Shown here: one piece after another, positions 59,253 through 64,000 of the stretch
Position numbering within the stretch: position 1 is the first letter of the stretch
How the letters are laid out: each line of letters opens with the position of its first letter
Virus record (IMG/VR): IMGVR_UViG_3300035390_000014
Coordinates: 64,001-128,000 of that record
DNA: 64,000 nucleotides
Strand: one strand, 5' to 3'
DNA from: a virus
Lineage: Duplodnaviria; Caudoviricetes
Translations under genes and position numbers: made by a program
Notes under the pieces: generated by a model
The model's input: the letters and a program-made list of their open reading frames with translations, nothing else
What the model was told of the DNA's origin: nothing
The model's database searches: none

Positions 59253-59458
59253 TGCATATAAATGATATAGACGGAGAAGAACTTGGTAAATTTTTAAATG
59301 ATGTGCATATTAATTTTTATGGTAATAGTAATTCAAAGGCTAATTTATTTGAAGGTGGAAATGTAGGTCAAGCTATATTAGGTTTAGCTATAGTAGAAGC
59401 ATCTAAAAATATTAAAAAAGGGTTGATTGAACTAGCAAATGCAATAGAAAAGTTATAA
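59243..59458 (+). CDS. Small hypothetical protein
   Basis: 71 aa. Confidence 0.5.
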   Translation: MEMMHINDIDGEELGKFLNDVHINFYGNSNSKANLFEGGNVGQAILGLAIVEASKNIKKGLIELANAIEKL

Positions 59459-59556
59459 GAAACGAACTGTAATAAACACCAGTTAACATCTAAAACTTTT
59501 AGAACATATTATAAATGATCAATTCATGATCTATTAATTACTTTTAGGAGCGTAAA

Positions 59557-59682
59557 ATGAAAATCACCGACTATTGTTATAAACATAGTTTTACGGTTGA
59601 TACAGATTTTACCGCTGATATGGCGCCAGCTTATATTAGTAATCCTGAAACAAATAATCATATTCCGCACAGAAGGCTCTAA
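59557..59682 (+). CDS. 41-aa small ORF (not in track)
   Basis: AGGAG RBS downstream of a GAACATATTATAAAT motif; MKITDYCYKHSFTVDTDFTADMAPAYISNPETNNHIPHRRL. Confidence 0.45.
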   Translation: MKITDYCYKHSFTVDTDFTADMAPAYISNPETNNHIPHRRL

Positions 59683-59794
59683 GCACATCATCGCTGTCCT
59701 TCTTTGGAATTATAAAAGAGGGAATAAGCTCAGACACAACCCTCTTCTTTTATTAAAAAACAAACAAAAAAATACATGAGCGTGAGTTTATTCC

Positions 59795-59871
59795 GGTGGC
59801 GTAGTGTAACTGGCTACACGTCTGATTGTCTATCAGAAAATATGCGGGTTCGAGTCCCGTCGCCATCGCCA
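59795..59871 (+). tRNA. tRNA-Asp(GTC)
   Basis: TCTGA-TTGTCTA-TCAGA, G73, CCA. Confidence 0.9.
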
Positions 59872-59885
59872 AAAATATTTTATGT

Positions 59886-59962
59886 ACCCTTGTAGTGTAA
59901 CTTGGCGAGCACGATTGGCTGTTAACCAATAAGTTCGGGTTCAAATCCTGACTAGGGTGCCA
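59886..59962 (+). tRNA. tRNA-Asn(GTT)
   Basis: ATTGG-CTGTTAA-CCAAT, G73, CCA. Confidence 0.88.
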
Positions 59963-60025
59963 CACAATACTGTTAATCTAGTCAATAGTAATAGCCATTA
60001 GAACATATTATAAAAAGGATATAAT

Positions 60026-60697
60026 ATGTTATGTGATTATGGTTGTGGGCAAGAAGCTAGATATACAATAGGTAATGGTAAATTATGTTGTTCTAAACAT
60101 TATAATTCATGCCCGGAACTTAGAAGAAAGAATAGTAATTCTGTTAAAAAAAGTAGAGAAAAAGAAAAAGAGTTGGGAATAAAAAGATATTCTCCACAAT
60201 ATTTAAAAGTTAAATGTCAATATTGTGATAGAATAACTACACAAAACATGATAAAAAGACATGAAAAATTTTGTTATTTAAATCCATTAAATATAAAATT
60301 ATGCCCTGTTTGTAATAAACCAGTTAAAGATTATAAAAATGCAACTACATGTTCTCAACAATGTGGTCAAAGATATTTCAGAAGTATGTTTGATAAGGTT
60401 AGACGTGAAAGAAATATGAGTTGGATTGATGATTTATATGATGGTGGTTCACATTATAAGACTATTTGTTTTAGATATCATGAGAAAAAATGTATTATAT
60501 GTGGTGAAGATATAGCAGTATCTGTTCATCATTATGATGGAAATCATGATAATAATAAACCAGAAAATTTAGTTCCTTTATGTATGAATCATCATGTTTA
60601 TATACATAGTACAGTTGAAAATATGTATATTATAAAAGAATGTGTTGATGAATATGTTAAGGAATATTGTAAGAAAAACAATTTAATGCACCTGTAA
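60026..60697 (+). CDS. HNH homing endonuclease
   Basis: CDYGCG module; CIICGE....VHHYDGNHDNN.PENLVPLCMNHH. Confidence 0.9.
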   Translation: MLCDYGCGQEARYTIGNGKLCCSKHYNSCPELRRKNSNSVKKSREKEKELGIKRYSPQYLKVKCQYCDRITTQNMIKRHEKFCYLNPLNIKLCPVCNKPVKDYKNATTCSQQCGQRYFRSMFDKVRRERNMSWIDDLYDGGSHYKTICFRYHEKKCIICGEDIAVSVHHYDGNHDNNKPENLVPLCMNHHVYIHSTVENMYIIKECVDEYVKEYCKKNNLMHL

Positions 60698-60761
60698 TTC
60701 AATGGTAGAATGCAAGTTTTGTAATCTTGTTATGGGGGTTCAAATCCTCTCAGGTGCTCCA
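60688..60761 (+). tRNA. tRNA-Thr(TGT)
   Basis: CAAGT-TTTGTAA-TCTTG, CCA. Confidence 0.85.
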
Positions 60762-60770
60762 AACAAATAT

Positions 60771-60847
60771 GCAACTGTAGCTCAGTCTGGTAGAGCGTCT
60801 GGGTGAAGTCCAGAGCGTCGGGGGTTCAATTCCTCTCGGTTGCACCA
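60771..60847 (+). tRNA. tRNA-Phe(GAA)
   Basis: TCTGG-GTGAAGT-CCAGA, A73, CCA. Confidence 0.85.
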
Positions 60848-60857
60848 ATAATTTTAT

Positions 60858-60949
60858 GGGTTCGTCACCTAGATGGCCGATGGTACCAGACTTTTAATCT
60901 GGAGCGGATATCAATCCCCACGTGAGTTCGAATCTCACCGAACCCACCA
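60858..60949 (+). tRNA. tRNA with Lys(TTT) anticodon and 19-nt variable arm
   Basis: CCAGA-CTTTTAA-TCTGG then AGCGGATATCAATCCCCAC, T-arm GTGAG-TTCGAAT-CTCAC, A73, CCA. Confidence 0.8.
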
Positions 60950-61161
60950 TAAAATTTATACAAAAAAAAGATAGACTGACAGATAGATAACGAAATCCCA
61001 AAGGGACCCGTTATAGATAGACAGGGGTTAGTACAATAATCTCTTATATACTAGTTAATAATATATATAGTAATATTTACTATAATGGATTGTATTATAA
61101 GAAACTTTCTTTTTCATATAGAACATATTATAAATGATAACCGTGTATAGGAGAATTTATT

Positions 61162-61677
61162 ATGAGTGTCAAAGATTTGGTAGAAAAAGGTCGTGTCGAT
61201 AAAGAACTAGAATGGATTAAAAAAAGAGAAGCTGAAAAACAAACTCATATTGATGAAAAAGCAAAAAGAGTTAAACAAGCTCAAGCACATATTGATAGTT
61301 TAATGACTGCATTTGAAAAAATATATTTTGATATTGATGCAACTGATGAAGAAGTTGCTAAATGTATATTAGAAGAAAATTATAGTATTATGGATAGTAA
61401 CCAATGTCTGTATAGTCAATTAGCTTTCAGAGAGAAAGATGTTCGTAAATATGTAGATGCTGAAAGACATTCATGGGGGACATCATCTCCACGTGATCAT
61501 GAATTTTATTTAATATCAAAATATGAAAAATATAATATATGGAAAAAAGCTTTAGAAGATAAATTTGGTATATTTATTCAATTCAGAGAAGAAGAACATG
61601 AGGGAGCAAGCAGAGGTTATAATGCTCCACCTGAAAGAGATTCATCTGGCATTGAATGTATTTTAAGTATTAAATAG
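61162..61677 (+). CDS. Hypothetical protein
   Basis: 171 aa, AGGAG RBS. Confidence 0.65.
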   Translation: MSVKDLVEKGRVDKELEWIKKREAEKQTHIDEKAKRVKQAQAHIDSLMTAFEKIYFDIDATDEEVAKCILEENYSIMDSNQCLYSQLAFREKDVRKYVDAERHSWGTSSPRDHEFYLISKYEKYNIWKKALEDKFGIFIQFREEEHEGASRGYNAPPERDSSGIECILSIK

Positions 61678-61853
61678 GAGTCTAAAATGCAAAAAGCTTT
61701 ATATAGAAAACACAATGATAGGCAAATGAATAGTAGTACATATCATAAGAAAGATGGTACTAACATTAGAGCTAAATTAAAAATTCAATTAAAGAAACGT
61801 ATTCAAGAAACTATTTCAGACAAATAGAACATAATATAAATGAATGAGGTTAT

Positions 61854-62027
61854 ATGAAAACCATAGAATGTCCTTTATGTAAAGAGATTATTAAGAAAAA
61901 TAATCTTAAAGGTCATTGTTGGTATGCTCATGCACTTAGTATATCGAAAGATCCTAATAAAAAAAATAAACCATGGGATCAAGTAGGTATTGATAAAATT
62001 AAAAAAGTAATTGGTGGGTTCCCATAA
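61854..62027 (+). pseudogene. 57-aa C2H2 Zn-finger ORF, probable truncated endonuclease N-terminus
   Basis: MKTIECPLCK...HCWYAH...KPW; preceded by GAACATA motif; stop lies inside tRNA-Ser. Confidence 0.45.
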
Positions 62028-62099
62028 TCGGCATTGGAAGTGATTGCTAATCACTCGGGCTTCACAGCTTTGCAGGTTCAAGTCCTGTACCCACCGCCA
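62013..62099 (+). tRNA. tRNA-Ser(GCT)
   Basis: AGTGA-TTGCTAA-TCACT, long variable arm, G73, CCA. Confidence 0.9.
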
Positions 62100-62105
62100 A
62101 AATAT

Positions 62106-62375
62106 GGACAGGTTGCTCAATGGCAGAGCAGCTTTAAAAATATTTATATTTTTAGGGTGTAAGGTGGCTCGAAACCATCCAAGTGCATCAACTATGAGCC
62201 TGTATAGCTTTTGGATAAGCATTATAGATTAAGTAATCTTTAATAGTGTACATAAAATTAGATAAAAGAACTATAATTAGTAGATTTTTTTTATTATTTA
62301 TTTTGATGCGCATTGAGATATTTATATAAGAATTTTCAGTGATCTATCGGGGTTCGATCCCCCTTGCAGGCATAC
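62106..62375 (+). pseudogene. Degenerate tRNA fragments
   Basis: Isolated D-arm GGACAGGTTGCTCAATGGCAGAGC at 62106; orphan T-arm-like hairpins near 62164 and 62348. Confidence 0.4.
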
Positions 62376-62379
62376 CTAT

Positions 62380-62491
62380 GAGCGTGATCTAATAATCGGT
62401 AATATACGTCAGGTAGTATCAAGACAATGCAACCGGGCCTCGCCAAGAAGTACTGATGTAGATATGGGTTCAAGTCCCATTCACGCTCCCA
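62380..62491 (+). ncRNA. tRNA-like RNA with 8-bp acceptor stem and expanded anticodon arm
   Basis: GAGCGTGA/TCACGCTC-CCA; T-arm ATGGG-TTCAAGT-CCCAT; CGTCA/TGATG stem encloses about 40 nt. Confidence 0.65.
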
Positions 62492-62694
62492 ACCATTAAA
62501 CGTATATAGGTGAAATGATGGATGAAAAACTAGATGTATTACAAGATGATTTAAAAATTAAACCCATATCTAAATCAAAATGGTATCAGTTTAATAAAAA
62601 AGAAAAAGAAGGTCTGGCCATTACAGGTATTATAACTGCACTTGTTAGTGTAGGTTTTTATTACTTTATTAAGATTGCTGGATAATAACAATTG

Positions 62695-62783
62695 TGCGCT
62701 ATAGAGTAGTTGGTCAACTCACTTGTCTCATAAGCAAGACTCCCTAACCGGAGACGTAGGTTCGAATCCTACTAGCGCTCCCA
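62695..62783 (+). tRNA. tRNA with CAT anticodon and 17-nt variable arm
   Basis: CTTGT-CTCATAA-GCAAG then ACTCCCTAACCGGAGAC; U1.U72 mismatch; C73; CCA. Confidence 0.8.
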
Positions 62784-62824
62784 AACAACTAAATGTGTAT
62801 TAGTGAATCTAAGGAGAATGTGAA

Positions 62825-63076
62825 ATGGCGTTATTTGGAAATGGTAATGGCAAAAAGAAAACAGTTGCGGGTATTACAGAATCATTAACTAGAATTAAAA
62901 CTGATCTTCAAATTCTTGAACAAGAGACTGCTGAGGAATTGGAACAATATAACCTTGAACAGATGGCGCTTCAACTTAAAATTGAAGGTGCTAAATCTGA
63001 AAAGAGTAAGGGATTTACAATATTTAAAAATATTTCTGCTCTTTTAGGAGAACCTGTAGAAGAAGAAGCTGTTTAG
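62825..63076 (+). CDS. Coiled-coil hypothetical protein
   Basis: 83 aa, AAGGAG RBS. Confidence 0.65.
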   Translation: MALFGNGNGKKKTVAGITESLTRIKTDLQILEQETAEELEQYNLEQMALQLKIEGAKSEKSKGFTIFKNISALLGEPVEEEAV

Positions 63077-63085
63077 TAATGATAT

Positions 63086-63157
63086 GCCGAGAATCTAAGG
63101 AGATATCTATGTTTCATACGCAAAGACTAGTGGATTCGATTTCCACTCTCGGCACCA
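63086..63157 (+). tRNA. Atypical tRNA(CAT) with shortened D-arm
   Basis: GCCGAGA/TCTCGGC-ACCA; loop TTCATAC; T-arm GTGGA-TTCGATT-TCCAC. Confidence 0.6.
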
Positions 63158-63177
63158 AATTAAATTGGGAAGAGAAT

Positions 63178-63759
63178 ATGAATTATATAATTTATAAAAC
63201 TACAAATAAAATAAATTCTAAAATTTATATTGGAGCTCATAAAACAAATAATCTTAAAGATAATTATTTGGGATCAGGAGATCTTCTAATTAAAGCTATT
63301 AAGAAATATGGAACTAAAAACTTTAAAAGAGAAATACTTAAAATTTTTGATAATTCTGATGATATGTATATTATGGAAAAAATGATTGTAAATAAATGTT
63401 TTGTTGAAAGATTAGATACTTATAATTTAAAAATTGGAGGAGTAGGAGGATGGGATTCAGAACCTCGTAAAAGATTTAAATTATTAATGGAAGATGAAGA
63501 ATATGTTAAATGTTTTAGTGAAAAAATTAAAAATGGACAAAAAATTTATATTAAAGATCCTGAAAAAAGAAAAACTTTTTTAAATAAAACTCACAATGAA
63601 GAATCAAAAAAGAAAATAAGTAATTCTAAAAAAGGCACAGGATGTGGAAAAAATAATTCACAATTTGGAACAATGTGGATAACCAATAATATTAAAAATA
63701 AAAAAATAAAGAAAACAGATCTTATTCCAGAAGGATGGAATAAGGGAAGAAAATTCTGA
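63178..63759 (+). CDS. GIY-YIG homing endonuclease (SegA-like) with NUMOD repeats
   Basis: YIIYKTTNKINSKIYIGAH...YLGSG; NSQFGTMWI...PEGWNKGR; ATG 63178 preferred over start overlapping the tRNA. Confidence 0.9.
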   Translation: MNYIIYKTTNKINSKIYIGAHKTNNLKDNYLGSGDLLIKAIKKYGTKNFKREILKIFDNSDDMYIMEKMIVNKCFVERLDTYNLKIGGVGGWDSEPRKRFKLLMEDEEYVKCFSEKIKNGQKIYIKDPEKRKTFLNKTHNEESKKKISNSKKGTGCGKNNSQFGTMWITNNIKNKKIKKTDLIPEGWNKGRKF

Positions 63760-64000
63760 CTTATCCTGTACAACGTATCCATAGAGGATGTGACCCTTTT
63801 AATTAAGGGTGAAGAGCGGGTGTTGACACAGCCAAGCCGGATACTGCTAGTCAACACAATTAGGTTAAGTTGGGCATGTTTTAAATGTGTGATGGTCAAA
63901 AGTGTTTAAAGGATACTGCTGAAATGCTACGTTAGTTAAATAGAGGCTTCCTTGCCCTTGCATTAGGCAGCCATCACACATTTATTTTGGTTCCATCGTC

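Noticed and set aside
59597-59965. Track ORFs 59597-59779 (+) and 59753-59965 (-)
   Set aside because: No RBS; they overlap a better small ORF or lie antisense to tRNA-Asp and tRNA-Asn
61875-62232. Track ORFs 61875-62222 (-) and 62044-62232 (+)
   Set aside because: Translations of tRNA-Ser and tRNA remnants
62380-62491. tRNA-Sec call from the 8/5 stem geometry
   Set aside because: No G73, no 6-bp D-stem, and the TCA in the insert is not in a stem-closed 7-nt loop
63086-63157. Reading this tRNA as UCA (Sec/opal suppressor)
   Set aside because: Counting back from the T-arm with a 5-nt variable loop places CAT at 34-36; the TCA register pairs poorly and there is no long variable arm
63989-64000. 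GGTTCCATCGTC as the start of a tRNA-Glu
   Set aside because: Only 12 bases before the window edge; suggestive but not callable

Overview
An AT-rich segment of a T4-like/jumbo myovirus genome; the host is probably an anaerobic Desulfobacterota-like bacterium (inferred only). Genes run on the minus strand to about 12.2 kb: neck protein, 5'-3' exonuclease, probable clamp, primase, RFC-type clamp loader, Dda/RecD-like helicase and lytic transglycosylase. They switch to the plus strand at a candidate origin, where an orphan ORF is followed by a helically phased array of 16-bp iterons. The plus-strand part encodes virion proteins interleaved with many glycosyltransferases, ADP-heptose/sugar-nucleotide enzymes, nucleotide-pool enzymes, a QueC, an orphan Cache histidine kinase and translation-rescue functions (CCA-adding enzyme, tmRNA, GGQ hydrolase). 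It also holds a tRNA array invaded by homing endonucleases. Most notable: (1) a PAAR spike-tip gene with an in-frame TGA at a Cys-motif position followed by a SECIS-like hairpin, i.e. a candidate selenocysteine virion protein; (2) two c-di-GMP-I riboswitches heading a cassette of exported proteins; (3) tRNAs with Lys(UUU) and CAU anticodons on long-variable-arm bodies, plus a tRNA-like RNA with an expanded anticodon arm; (4) hairpins that hide endonuclease ribosome-binding sites with a recurrent promoter-like motif in the loop. All calls come from reading the sequence by eye; no searches or folding programs were run.
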